Notes: generated from the letters alone by a model not told the origin. 40,886 nucleotides of DNA from SAR86 cluster bacterium (GCA_016779505.1 JADHNM010000003.1:1-40886), one strand, 5' to 3'; shown: positions 9,228-19,499, counted from the first letter of the stretch. Numbers and translations are program-made.

Positions 9228-11784
9228 ACTAAGAGCTAAGTTTTTAGAGTACTTCAGCAACAACGATCATGAAGTTGTTGAGTCTAGCCCATTGATACCA
9301 GCTAATGACGAGACGTTGTTATTTACAAATGCCGGAATGGTTCAATTTAAAGATGTCTTTTTGGGGTCTGATAAACGTTCTTATAAAAGAGCAACAACAA
9401 CTCAACGATGCATTCGGGCAGGCGGGAAGCATAATGATTTGGAGAATGTAGGTTATACCCTCAGGCATCATACGTTCTTTGAGATGTTGGGCAACTTTAG
9501 CTTTGGAGATTATTTTAAAGAAGAAGCAATTCAACTGGCATGGAATTTTTTAACAAATGAATTAAATTTAGAAAAAGAAAAATTATGGATTTCTGTTTTT
9601 AGAGAAGATGATGAGGCGGCAGAAATATGGTCATCAAAGATTGGTATTGATCCAGAGAGAATCGTACGATTGGATGAAGAAGATAATTTCTGGTCTATGG
9701 GTGATACAGGTCCCTGTGGACCTTGTTCTGAAATTTACTATGATCATGGCGAGCAATATGAAGGTACACCTCCAGGATCACCCGGGGATGATGGAGATAG
9801 ATTTGTAGAAATTTGGAATTTAGTCTTCATGCAATTTAATAGAGATGCTGCTGGTGAATTAACACCTTTACCTAAACCATCTGTTGATACCGGCATGGGC
9901 TTGGAGCGAGTTGCTGCAGTGATGCAAGGCGTAAATTCAAATTATGAAACAGATCTTTTCCTAAACCTTATTCAAGCCTCTGAAGATGCCATTCAGTCTC
10001 CTGGAGCACCATCTCATAAAGTAATTGCAGATCATATAAGAAGCGTTAGCTTTTTGATTGCCGATGGTATCACTCCTTCCAATGAAGGAAGAGGATATGT
10101 TCTCAGAAGAATCATGCGCAGAGCCATCCGTCATGGATACAAGCTTGGAGCCAAGGAACCATTTTTACATGCATTAGTGGATCCATTAGTAAAAGAAATG
10201 AACTCTGCGTTTCCAATGCTAGAATCTAATCAAAAACACATTGAGGAAACTATTCACAATGAAGAGAATAAGTTTCTTGAAACATTGGATAAAGGGATTG
10301 AAATTTTAGAAAAAGAAATTGCTGGCATGAGTTCAAAGATTATCCCTGGGGAAATTGTCTTTAAACTGCATGATACATTTGGCTTCCCTTTTGATCTAAC
10401 TGCAGATATTGCTCGTGAACAAGATTTAGAGTTAGATCAAGCAGGTTTTAAAAAATGCATGGAAGAGCAAATTAAAAATTCAAAATCCGCAAGTAAATTT
10501 AAAGGTACTCAATTAGATCTATCTGCAATTGATGAAACTCAATTTTTAGGCTATGACCGATTAAATGCAGAGGGGAAAGTTTTAGGATTATGGGATGACG
10601 ATCTGCAGGTAGATTCTGCAACTCCAGGAAAAGAATATATTCTTGCCTTGGACCAATCTCCATTTTATGCAGAGTCAGGGGGCCAGGTTGGGGATCAAGG
10701 AGAGTTTTCGGGTTCTAATGGAAGCGGGCAAGTGGTGGATTGTATTAAACAAGGAAAAATTTTTCTTCATAAGATTAATTTGGAAGAGGGCTCAATTAAC
10801 TTACATGATACTTTGAAACTTTCAGTCGCACCTATGATGAGAAGTGATGCGGCTTCTAATCATTCTGCAACTCATTTGATGCATGCAGCCTTAAAGCATG
10901 TGCTTGGCCATCATGTTGAGCAAAAAGGATCCCTTGTAGATTCTTCAAAGTTACGTTTTGATTTTTCACATCCCAAGGCTGTAACCAAAGATGAGCTTAA
11001 ACAAATAGAATTATTGGTTAATCAACAAACTCTAAGTAATGCTGAGGTAAAAACAGAATTAATGCAGCTTGATGATGCTATAGCGTCTGGTGCAGAGGCA
11101 ATGTTTGGAGAAAAATATGAGGATGAGGTCAGGGTTTTATCCATGGGCGATGGTTTCTCGGTAGAGCTTTGCGGCGGGACCCATGTATCGAGAACTGGCG
11201 ATATTGGGATGTTTACAATTTTAAGTGAATCCAGTGTTTCTTCCGGAGTGAGAAGGATTGAAGCCGTTACTGGCTTGAAAGCTGTGGAATTAATGCTAGA
11301 CATTCGATCTCAACTTCAAGATGTCCAAGGAATATTAAATGTTGGAGCTCCTCAGGTTAGCTCTAAAGTTGAAGATTTAATCAAAGAAAATAAATCTCTC
11401 AAAAAAGGAAATAAAATCAAAGACCAATCTACTGTTGAGATTAAAGAAGTCATTCATAAAATTAATAACTTTGATTTAGTCCTCATTGAAGCAGATACGC
11501 AAAACATTCAAGATCTGAGACAGTTGGTTGATAGCTCCAAAAAAGGTCAATCTGAAAGATGTGTTTTAATTTTTAGCCACCATGACTCAAAATTGCTTAT
11601 GGTCTGTGGGGTAACAGATGATATTCAAGAATCTCTTAGTGCCCATGATGTGATTCAAACAATAGCAAAAGCGACTAATGGAAAAGGGGGCGGACGTAAG
11701 GATTTTGCCCAAGGCGCAGGTGAGGCTGAAAATTTTAAAGAATTTGTTAATTCTATTCCTGATATCGTACAATCCATCGCTTAG
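9214..11784 (+). CDS. alaS: Alanine--tRNA ligase
   Basis: FTNAGMVQFK, HHTFFEMLGNFSFGDYFK, DTGMGLER, editing HSATH/ELCGGTH, C-terminal GKGGG. Confidence 0.99.
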   Translation: MLTSELRAKFLEYFSNNDHEVVESSPLIPANDETLLFTNAGMVQFKDVFLGSDKRSYKRATTTQRCIRAGGKHNDLENVGYTLRHHTFFEMLGNFSFGDYFKEEAIQLAWNFLTNELNLEKEKLWISVFREDDEAAEIWSSKIGIDPERIVRLDEEDNFWSMGDTGPCGPCSEIYYDHGEQYEGTPPGSPGDDGDRFVEIWNLVFMQFNRDAAGELTPLPKPSVDTGMGLERVAAVMQGVNSNYETDLFLNLIQASEDAIQSPGAPSHKVIADHIRSVSFLIADGITPSNEGRGYVLRRIMRRAIRHGYKLGAKEPFLHALVDPLVKEMNSAFPMLESNQKHIEETIHNEENKFLETLDKGIEILEKEIAGMSSKIIPGEIVFKLHDTFGFPFDLTADIAREQDLELDQAGFKKCMEEQIKNSKSASKFKGTQLDLSAIDETQFLGYDRLNAEGKVLGLWDDDLQVDSATPGKEYILALDQSPFYAESGGQVGDQGEFSGSNGSGQVVDCIKQGKIFLHKINLEEGSINLHDTLKLSVAPMMRSDAASNHSATHLMHAALKHVLGHHVEQKGSLVDSSKLRFDFSHPKAVTKDELKQIELLVNQQTLSNAEVKTELMQLDDAIASGAEAMFGEKYEDEVRVLSMGDGFSVELCGGTHVSRTGDIGMFTILSESSVSSGVRRIEAVTGLKAVELMLDIRSQLQDVQGILNVGAPQVSSKVEDLIKENKSLKKGNKIKDQSTVEIKEVIHKINNFDLVLIEADTQNIQDLRQLVDSSKKGQSERCVLIFSHHDSKLLMVCGVTDDIQESLSAHDVIQTIAKATNGKGGGRKDFAQGAGEAENFKEFVNSIPDIVQSIA

Positions 11785-11802
11785 TTAGTAAGCTTCTTAA
11801 TT

Positions 11803-13014
11803 ATGGAAACGATAGTATTAAAATTTGGCGGGACTTCTGTTGGGTCACCCGATAGGATCACTGCTGTTGCAAATTTAATTAAGTCAGCCACTGAAGAAGC
11901 ATCACCTGTTGTGGTTGTTTCTGCCATGAGCGGAGAAACAAATCGTCTTATTGATTTAGCTAAATCCTTTGGTTCTGAGCCAAATAAAAGAGAATTCGAT
12001 GCGCTTGTTTCAACTGGTGAGATGGTTAGCGCGTCATTGGTTGCAATTGCCTTAAATCAATTAGGCCTTAAGGCCAAATCATTATCAGCCGCTCAATTTG
12101 GAATGAAAACAACTTCTAATTTTTCACGTGCAAAGATCCTTGATCTTGATAAAAATATTATTTTTAAAACCATCGAAGATGGCTATATCCCAATCATTAC
12201 TGGATTTCAGGGGGTTACCAACGAGGGAGATACTACTACCATGGGTAGAGGTGGCAGCGATACTACTGCAGTGGCAATAGCAGCCTCAATAAAATCTAAG
12301 CGCTGTGATATATACACCGATGTTGATGGCATCTATACAACTGATCCTAGAATAGTGCCTGATGCAAAAAAACTTGACTCAATAAGCATAGAGGAAATGT
12401 TGGAACTAGCAGGTCAGGGTGCTAAAGTTATGCAGATACGCGCTGTTGAATTTGCAAATAAATATAAAGTTTTAGTTAGAGTTTTATCAAGCTTTGAGCC
12501 AGGTTCAGGCACACTTATTTTACAGGAGGAAGATGGAATGGAAGATGCTGTTATTACAGGTATTGCTTCTCAAACAGATCAGACTAAGTTTACTCTTCAT
12601 GGAGTGGTAGATACTCCAGGGATTGCCTCTGGTATTTTAAGCCCAGTCAGCGAAGCTGGCATTGAAGTAGATGTTATTGTTCAGAATGTTAGTGTCTCGG
12701 GAAAAACAGACTTTACATTTACCGTCGGAACTTCTGATAGGGTTGAAGTGGAATCTGTTTTAAAAGAAAAAATGCAAGGTATCTCGTTTGATGAGTTAAT
12801 TATTGATGAAGGCATAGGCAAGGTTTCGTTGGTGGGTGTAGGGATGCGTTCCCATGCTGGAATAGCAAGCACAGCATTTAACGCCCTGGCTGATGCTGGT
12901 ATTAACATTCAAATGATCAGCACCTCAGAGATCAAAATTACAATTGTAATTTCTAAAGAGCAATTAGAGGATGCAGTTAAGACTTTGCACGAAGCCTTTA
13001 ATTTAGGAGACTAA
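11803..13014 (+). CDS. lysC: Aspartate kinase (alpha chain)
   Basis: KFGGTS, VVSAM, GRGGSDTTA, DVDG.YT.DPR; two C-terminal ACT domains (ISTSEIKI). Confidence 0.97.
   Translation: METIVLKFGGTSVGSPDRITAVANLIKSATEEASPVVVVSAMSGETNRLIDLAKSFGSEPNKREFDALVSTGEMVSASLVAIALNQLGLKAKSLSAAQFGMKTTSNFSRAKILDLDKNIIFKTIEDGYIPIITGFQGVTNEGDTTTMGRGGSDTTAVAIAASIKSKRCDIYTDVDGIYTTDPRIVPDAKKLDSISIEEMLELAGQGAKVMQIRAVEFANKYKVLVRVLSSFEPGSGTLILQEEDGMEDAVITGIASQTDQTKFTLHGVVDTPGIASGILSPVSEAGIEVDVIVQNVSVSGKTDFTFTVGTSDRVEVESVLKEKMQGISFDELIIDEGIGKVSLVGVGMRSHAGIASTAFNALADAGINIQMISTSEIKITIVISKEQLEDAVKTLHEAFNLGD
12538..13014 (+). CDS. Probable in-frame aspartate kinase beta subunit (158 aa, internal start)
   Basis: AGGAGGA at 12524-12530, 7 nt before in-frame ATG (codon 246, MEDAVITGIA), at the kinase/ACT boundary. 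Confidence 0.6.
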   Translation: MEDAVITGIASQTDQTKFTLHGVVDTPGIASGILSPVSEAGIEVDVIVQNVSVSGKTDFTFTVGTSDRVEVESVLKEKMQGISFDELIIDEGIGKVSLVGVGMRSHAGIASTAFNALADAGINIQMISTSEIKITIVISKEQLEDAVKTLHEAFNLGD

Positions 13015-14348
13015 TGTACGATCTAATTTTAAAGAATGGAACCCTCGTAAATGAAGGGTCAATCTATGAATCTGATATTGCTATTAAAGGAGATCGAATT
13101 GAAAAAATTTCTTCTTCGATAGACGCAGAAGCAAAAAAAATAATAGACCTTGATGGCAAATATATTTTGCCAGGTTTAATCGATGATCAAGTCCACTTCA
13201 GAGAACCTGGCCTGACGCACAAAGGCAACATTCAATCTGAAAGCAGAGCAGGCTTAGCAGGAGGCGTGACTAGTTATTTTGAAATGCCTAATGTGAATCC
13301 AACTACAACCAATCGAAAGAATTTACAGGCTAAGTTTGATCTTGCAGCAACTAAATCGCATGCAAATTACTCCTTTTACATGGGGGCAAGCAATACAAAC
13401 ATTGATGAAATCAAACAATTAGACAATACCCTTGCTTGTGGGCTTAAAGTTTTCATGGGGGCTTCAACCGGAGACATGCTGGTCGATAACCAAGATACCC
13501 TTGAAGCCATATTCAGAGAAGCGCCTGTTAATATTGTTACGCATTGTGAAGACACTCCAACCATTATTGAAAATGAGAAGGCAATTATCGCTGAATATGG
13601 AGAAGACATTGATGCAAAGTTCCATCCCAGAATAAGAGATGCGGCATCGTGTCTAAAATCATCTCAATTGGCTTATGACTTAGCAACAAAACATGGCTCA
13701 AATCTTCATATCCTGCATTTAACCACTGCAGATGAGATGAAATTATTCACAGAGGGAGAAATAACAGGTAAAAAAATCACTGCTGAGGTTTGTGTGCATC
13801 ACTTATTTTTTAGTGAAGCTGATTATGAAACGCGTGGAAATTTTATTAAATGCAATCCCAGCGTAAAATCAGAGCAAGACAGGTTAGCGCTGATTGATGC
13901 TGTGCAAAAAAATAAGATTGATATTATTGCAACAGACCATGCTCCTCATACACTTGAAGAAAAACAACAACCATATTTGCAAGCTCCAAGTGGACTACCT
14001 CTCAATCAACATTCATTGCTTGTTTTATTAGATTTTTATAACAAAGGAATATTTACTCTGGAACAAATTGTTCAGAAAACCAGTCATAACATTGCTGAGC
14101 GCTTCCAAATAAAAGATAGGGGTTATATAAGAGAGGGATCTTTTGCTGACCTTGCTATCGTAGACTTAAGTGCAAACACTTTGGTTACCAATGAAAATAT
14201 TTTATATCATTGTGGTTGGTCTCCCTTCATAGACTACACTTTTCCTGCTGCTGTTGTTCATACAATAATCAATGGTGAGATTGTTTTTGAAGATGGGGTT
14301 TTGAAAGAGCAATTGCCTATTGGCAGTCGAATTGAATTTAATAGATAG
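13014..14348 (+). CDS. pyrC: Dihydroorotase (long amidohydrolase type)
   Basis: PGLIDDQVHFREPG, EMPN, KVFMG.STG, HCED, KCNP, IATDHAPH; TAATG overlap with lysC and AGGAG at 13005-13009. Confidence 0.88.
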   Translation: MYDLILKNGTLVNEGSIYESDIAIKGDRIEKISSSIDAEAKKIIDLDGKYILPGLIDDQVHFREPGLTHKGNIQSESRAGLAGGVTSYFEMPNVNPTTTNRKNLQAKFDLAATKSHANYSFYMGASNTNIDEIKQLDNTLACGLKVFMGASTGDMLVDNQDTLEAIFREAPVNIVTHCEDTPTIIENEKAIIAEYGEDIDAKFHPRIRDAASCLKSSQLAYDLATKHGSNLHILHLTTADEMKLFTEGEITGKKITAEVCVHHLFFSEADYETRGNFIKCNPSVKSEQDRLALIDAVQKNKIDIIATDHAPHTLEEKQQPYLQAPSGLPLNQHSLLVLLDFYNKGIFTLEQIVQKTSHNIAERFQIKDRGYIREGSFADLAIVDLSANTLVTNENILYHCGWSPFIDYTFPAAVVHTIINGEIVFEDGVLKEQLPIGSRIEFNR

Positions 14349-14372
14349 TATTATTTTCTTCTTTTAAAGCGT

Positions 14373-14378
14373 TATAAT
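14373..14378 (+). promoter_or_regulatory. Putative -10 box (TATAAT) for tRNA-Ser
   Basis: Perfect TATAAT 16 nt upstream of the mature tRNA; -35 weak. Confidence 0.45.
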
Positions 14379-14394
14379 TCCTGTCCAAAAAATC

Positions 14395-14484
14395 GGAGAG
14401 TTGGCTGAGTGGTCGAAAGCGCCTCCCTGCTAAGGAGGTATACGGGCAACTGTATCGAGGGTTCGAATCCCTCACTCTCCGCCA
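14395..14484 (+). tRNA. tRNA-Ser (GCT)
   Basis: GGAGAGT...ACTCTCC-GCCA acceptor; anticodon arm CCTCC-CTGCTAA-GGAGG; long variable arm; GTTCGAATCC; 90 nt. Confidence 0.97.
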
Positions 14485-14487
14485 GTT

Positions 14488-15021
14488 TTATATATCCTTT
14501 TCCATTCTAACCATTGGAACAGTTTTGCCTGATTGTGTTTGATATAAGATCTCTTCTATCGGCTGATAGCCCTTAGCTTTATATAAAAATAAACCTGATT
14601 GTGTGGCCATTAATTCACATTTCTTAAAACCCAACTTTTTTGCCGCTTGCTCTCCTAAACTCATAACTAGAGAGCCAACTCCCATTCTTATCCAGTTGGG
14701 ATGTGTATACATAGCTCTAATTCGAGCTGAATCTGTCGCCGGAATAAGAAACTTATCATCTCTATTGGGCGTATGATTGCCACCAAACAAAGTCTCTCTG
14801 TTACTCCATCCACCACATCCAACAAAATTTGTATCACTGAAGATCATAAAATAAGTTTGATCTTTGATAAGCTGATCATCCAGCCCCATGCTATCGAACG
14901 AAGCCTCTAATTGATCAGAATTAAGTAAGGGTCCCAAGAGTTGGGTGATTGATAGTTTCATCAACTTTTGGATAGCTGGAATATCATCAAGCTCGGCTAT
15001 TCTATGAGTAAACTCATGCAT
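14488..15021 (-). CDS. GNAT family N-acetyltransferase
   Basis: RIRAMYTHPNWIRMGVGS acetyl-CoA binding motif A; LYKAKGY motif B. Confidence 0.88.
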   Translation of the reverse strand: MHEFTHRIAELDDIPAIQKLMKLSITQLLGPLLNSDQLEASFDSMGLDDQLIKDQTYFMIFSDTNFVGCGGWSNRETLFGGNHTPNRDDKFLIPATDSARIRAMYTHPNWIRMGVGSLVMSLGEQAAKKLGFKKCELMATQSGLFLYKAKGYQPIEEILYQTQSGKTVPMVRMEKDI

Positions 15022-15099
15022 ATTTTTGTATTTTAATCTCCATGATTATTATAGTAACTGTTAAAATATTTTTATAAATTTCTCCTATTTTTTTATTGC

Positions 15100-16407
15100 A
15101 TGAGCCCATCAAATTCAGAAAGTCCTGTATCTGCATTCGATAGAACTCTTGAAGATATCTTGGAATTGCTAAATGAGGATACTCAGCATTTTATTTATCT
15201 AACTGGCGCAGCGGGAACTGGTAAAACAACTCTGATAGAGAGAGTGAAAGATGAGTGTTTGCTTAAAAAAATGGTTGTCGCTCCCACTGGAGTTGCAGCA
15301 TTAAATATTGGTGGGAGTACTATTAATTCAGCATTTAGAATTGGCTTTGATACCTTTCCGGTGATTCAAGAATCAAAGGATCCACGCTTTAAAAAATTAT
15401 TAAAAAACCTTGAGTTACTCATTATCGATGAAATTTCTATGGTTAGAGCGCCCATGCTTGATGCCATTTCAGAAACCTTACAAATACATCGTAATTCATC
15501 CAAGCCCTTTGGCGGAATCCATGTTCTGGCATGTGGTGATTTGTTTCAGTTACCCCCGGTAGTTAAAGAGAATGAGGAAACTGCAATTTTTGAAAGATAT
15601 CAATCAGTCTATTTTTTTAGTGCAGATAATTTTCAAGCCATTGAAAAGCCATCTTTTTTTGAATTGGTGAGCTCATTCAGGCAACAAGATGATAAAGAGT
15701 TTTATGATTTGTTGAATAATATTCGTCTTGGTAAGAACCTTGAAGCCTCGATCAAGAAAATTAATCAGACCTGTCATAATCCAGAATTTGATACTGAGTC
15801 ATCACTTATTATTACCTCAAGAAAGTATCGAGCCGAACAAATCAATGAGGAGATGTTAAATTTGATAGATGGTCCAGCGACTGCTGCAAAATCAAAAGAG
15901 CAAGGTGAGCTCAATGAAAATGATTTACCAGCTCCAAGAGAACTGCGTGTTAAAGAGGATGCCAAGGTTATGTTTATTAAAAATGATCCTGATGGGAGAT
16001 GGGTCAATGGAACTATTGGAGTCGTGATTGATTGTTCAGATAAAAACAAGAAAGTGATCAAGGTTAAAGTTGAAAAAGAGGTATTTAAAGTAAAAAGAGA
16101 AGAATGGAATAAAGTCAGGTATGTCTATGATGAATTTAATGATGAAATGGAAGAAGAGGTTGTCTCTTCTTTTAAACAATTTCCACTGAAACTAGGTTGG
16201 GCAGTTACCATTCATAAAGCCCAAGGTTTAACTCTTGAAAGTTGCTCTGTTGATCTTGGTGATGGAGCTTTTGCAACTGGTCAAGCATATGTTGCTCTTA
16301 GTCGATGCAAAACCTTAGACTCCTTAAATCTATATAGAGAACTTAAAGTCAGAGACGCTTTGGTTGATCCAGACATTCAAGATTTTCATGCAGAACACTT
16401 TGGATAG
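15100..16407 (+). CDS. Pif1-family SF1B DNA helicase
   Basis: GAAGTGKT, APTGVAA, DEISM, GDLFQLPPV, FRQ, NG.IG, QFPLKLGWAVTIHKAQG, GQAYVALSR. Confidence 0.9.
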   Translation: MSPSNSESPVSAFDRTLEDILELLNEDTQHFIYLTGAAGTGKTTLIERVKDECLLKKMVVAPTGVAALNIGGSTINSAFRIGFDTFPVIQESKDPRFKKLLKNLELLIIDEISMVRAPMLDAISETLQIHRNSSKPFGGIHVLACGDLFQLPPVVKENEETAIFERYQSVYFFSADNFQAIEKPSFFELVSSFRQQDDKEFYDLLNNIRLGKNLEASIKKINQTCHNPEFDTESSLIITSRKYRAEQINEEMLNLIDGPATAAKSKEQGELNENDLPAPRELRVKEDAKVMFIKNDPDGRWVNGTIGVVIDCSDKNKKVIKVKVEKEVFKVKREEWNKVRYVYDEFNDEMEEEVVSSFKQFPLKLGWAVTIHKAQGLTLESCSVDLGDGAFATGQAYVALSRCKTLDSLNLYRELKVRDALVDPDIQDFHAEHFG

Positions 16408-16443
16408 TTCTACAATGGAACTTTACTTTTTACAATTGAGTCC

Positions 16444-17814
16444 ATGGAAAATCTGATATCTCACATTTCTGAATTTATTATTAAATTTTCTGATTTTGTT
16501 TGGGAGTGGAATGCTCCGTTTTTAGTTGGGGCAGGCATATACTTTCTTATTTTCTCAAAACTTACTCCTTTTAAATATATCCGTCATGCCTTCGACTTAA
16601 TTAGAGGCAAGCATACAAAACAAGAAGACATTGGAGAGGTCACTCATTTCCAAGCTTTAACTACAGCATTATCAGGCACCATTGGTCTAGGAAATATTTC
16701 TGGTGTTGCCCTTGCTATTGGTTATGGCGGTCCAGGAGTAATTTTTTGGATGTGGGTGACTGCAATTGTAGGCATAGCAACTAAATTTTTTACTTGCACT
16801 TTATCTGTCATGTATCGAGATGTGGATGAAGATGGCACAGTCCGCAGCGGACCAATGTACATTATTAAAAACGCACTTCCAAAGTCTATGATGCCATTGG
16901 CATATTTTTTTGCAGCCGCCGGCTTAATTGGTGCTTTACCAGGATTTCAAAGCAATCAAATGGTTCAAATGCTTGAAACGATACCAATATTTGATTTCAA
17001 ACATTTTAATTTAATAGCCGGAATAGTCTTGGCTGCAATCACTGGAGCTATAATTTTTGGCGGATTGGTGAGAATAGCAAAGGTTTCTCAGTGGCTTGTA
17101 CCCTTTATGAGTATCTTATATTTTGGCTCTATCATGGTTGCGCTAATATTAAATTTTGATGCGGTTATTCCTGCATTTCAAATTATTATCAAAGATGCTT
17201 TTACAGGCTCTGCAGTTGCTGGGGGAAGTGTTATAGCTGTAATTATCATGGGTGTTAAAAGAAGCGCTCATTCCAATGAAGCAGGCATAGGAACAGAGTC
17301 ACTTGTTCATGGTGCTGCAAAAACTTCAAATCCAGTTAAACAAGGCTTGGTTGCTATGCTAGGACCAATTTTTGATACTTTAATAATGTGCACATCTACT
17401 GCATTGTTAATTATTATTTCAGGTGTTTGGTTAAACATAGGCTCAGGTGTTGAGGGCGTTAAATTAACTGCCGAAGCATTTAGCGTTCTTCTTGGTCCTA
17501 TGGGATATGCAATTTTGCTTATCTGTGTCGTCAGTTTTGGAGCAAGTACTATCTTTACTTACTCATTTTATGGCTCTGCTTGCGCCCAATTTTTATTTGG
17601 TAAAAAAGGAGTAAAAGTTTATCAGTGGGTCATTATTTTCTTTGTTATCGTCTTTGCAGTCATACCCGTGAAGACCGCCATTGCTGTTATTGATCTTTCA
17701 TTTGCATTTATGGCAATACCAACATTAATTTCATCAGTTTGGTTGGCGCCGAAGGTGATTGAAAAGGCAAAAGATTATTTTGCAACTCTGGAGTCTAAAG
17801 CTTCTTCTGTTTAA
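16444..17814 (+). CDS. Alanine/glycine:cation symporter (AGCS family)
   Basis: FQAL..ALSGTIGLGNI.GVA.AI..GGPG..FWMW, GPMY, SNEAG.GT, DTL.MCT.T; many hydrophobic segments. Confidence 0.93.
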   Translation: MENLISHISEFIIKFSDFVWEWNAPFLVGAGIYFLIFSKLTPFKYIRHAFDLIRGKHTKQEDIGEVTHFQALTTALSGTIGLGNISGVALAIGYGGPGVIFWMWVTAIVGIATKFFTCTLSVMYRDVDEDGTVRSGPMYIIKNALPKSMMPLAYFFAAAGLIGALPGFQSNQMVQMLETIPIFDFKHFNLIAGIVLAAITGAIIFGGLVRIAKVSQWLVPFMSILYFGSIMVALILNFDAVIPAFQIIIKDAFTGSAVAGGSVIAVIIMGVKRSAHSNEAGIGTESLVHGAAKTSNPVKQGLVAMLGPIFDTLIMCTSTALLIIISGVWLNIGSGVEGVKLTAEAFSVLLGPMGYAILLICVVSFGASTIFTYSFYGSACAQFLFGKKGVKVYQWVIIFFVIVFAVIPVKTAIAVIDLSFAFMAIPTLISSVWLAPKVIEKAKDYFATLESKASSV

Positions 17815-17816
17815 GT

Positions 17817-19412
17817 TTATCCGTCTTTTAAAATTTCTCTAGCTGCATTTTTTCCAGGAAGGCCGGTAACACCGCCACCAGGATGAGTTCCTGAGCCACA
17901 CATATACAAAGATTTTAGTGGTCCCCTGTAGTTTCCATAATTCATTAAGGGTCTTGCAGCCCACATTTGATCGAGAGACATTTGCCCATGCATAATATCT
18001 CCACCAATTAATCCAAATTTTTCCTCTAAGTCTAATGGCGACAAAATCATCATTCCTAAAATAGACCCCCTAAAATTTGGTGCATGCTTTGTCACAGTTT
18101 CTATAATTGTATCTGCAGCAGCCAATCGATGATCATGCCATGAGCTGCCATCTGGTAGAGTAGGAGAGAATTGCTGACAGAATAAAGATGCAACATGTTG
18201 ACCTTCTGGAGCTAAAGTATCATCCATGGTTGAGGGAATTAACATTTCTACAATTGGTGCAGAAGACCAGCCATTAGACTTAGCATCGATATAAGCTTTG
18301 TCCATGTAATCTAGGGTAGGTGCTATAACAATACCGCTTTGATGATGCTCAGCTATTTCTTTGCCAGGTAGGGCAGAAAAATCTGGCAATTCAGAAAGAG
18401 CAACATTCATCCTAAAGGTGCCAGATCCACATTTATACCCATCCATGCTGCGATTAAACTCTGGATCTAAATCATCCTCAGAGATTAATTTTTTGTATAG
18501 GAGCTTGGGATTGAGATTTGAGATTATTTTTTTAGCTTTTCTTGTGCTTCCATCATCTAATTGAATTCCAATAGCGGCGCCATCCTCAACAATCACTTTA
18601 TCCACCGATGCATTTGTAAAGATCTCAACTCCATTTTCCCTGCATGCCTTTTCCATAGCTTGAGTGATTGCACCCATGCCACCAATAGCATGTCCCCAGG
18701 CACCTTTTTCCCCATCAACCTCGCCAAATACATGATGCAATAAGACATATGCTGATCCGGGGGTATCCGGGCTAGCAAAATTACCAACTATTGAATCAAA
18801 ACCAAAAGCAGCTTTTATGTGTTCATTTTCAAACCATGAATCAAGAAAGGATCGCGCACTTTTGGTAAAAAGATCATATACATCTCTATGCACTTGATTG
18901 CCTTTATTTGCTATTGGCCAAAGTTGCAAAGCAGCATTTAGTGCAGCCCTAATGCCTTGTTTTGGATTGGGCGGTGTTTTTATCGAAAGGCCTCTTAGCA
19001 CATCGGCCACTGCCTCTATTCGCTCATAATATTCAGGCAATCTCTCAGCATCTTTTTTAGAGAATTTTTTAAATTCGTTTTGAGTTCTCTCTAAGCCACC
19101 GCCTAATTTTAAATAGGTCTTATTATCAATGGGAAGGAAATTTGAAATAGGGCGCTTTACAACTTTCAAGCCATATTCCTTTAGTTTCATATCTTTAATG
19201 ATTTCTGGATTCAGCAAGCTAACCGTATAACTTGCAACTGAATTTCTAAATCCAGGATGAAATTCCTCAGTTACTGCTGCACCTCCTACAATAGATCTTC
19301 TTTCATAGATCTGAATTTTTAAGCCCTTTCTTGCTAAATAATAGGCGCATACCAAACCATTATGTCCGCCACCAATAATGATCGCATCTGATAAATTTTG
19401 AGAATTAGGCAT
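17817..19412 (-). CDS. Phytoene dehydrogenase-like FAD oxidoreductase (PYROXD2-like)
   Basis: IIGGGHNGLVCA.YLA, ERR..VGGAAVTEE, GGMGAI, LYMCGSGTHPGGGVTG.PG.NAA; substrate unknown. Confidence 0.88.
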   Translation of the reverse strand: MPNSQNLSDAIIIGGGHNGLVCAYYLARKGLKIQIYERRSIVGGAAVTEEFHPGFRNSVASYTVSLLNPEIIKDMKLKEYGLKVVKRPISNFLPIDNKTYLKLGGGLERTQNEFKKFSKKDAERLPEYYERIEAVADVLRGLSIKTPPNPKQGIRAALNAALQLWPIANKGNQVHRDVYDLFTKSARSFLDSWFENEHIKAAFGFDSIVGNFASPDTPGSAYVLLHHVFGEVDGEKGAWGHAIGGMGAITQAMEKACRENGVEIFTNASVDKVIVEDGAAIGIQLDDGSTRKAKKIISNLNPKLLYKKLISEDDLDPEFNRSMDGYKCGSGTFRMNVALSELPDFSALPGKEIAEHHQSGIVIAPTLDYMDKAYIDAKSNGWSSAPIVEMLIPSTMDDTLAPEGQHVASLFCQQFSPTLPDGSSWHDHRLAAADTIIETVTKHAPNFRGSILGMMILSPLDLEEKFGLIGGDIMHGQMSLDQMWAARPLMNYGNYRGPLKSLYMCGSGTHPGGGVTGLPGKNAAREILKDG

Positions 19413-19499
19413 ACACCTATTATACCTTTCAATGAATCTTTCAAATAAATAATGTATATTTAATGGAGAAATATTTTCTTTTATTTGAGGTAATAAAAA

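Noticed and set aside
17817-19412. Carotenoid biosynthesis crtI
   Set aside because: Motifs fit the broad PYROXD2-like family, and there are no crtB/crtY/crtE/blh neighbours.
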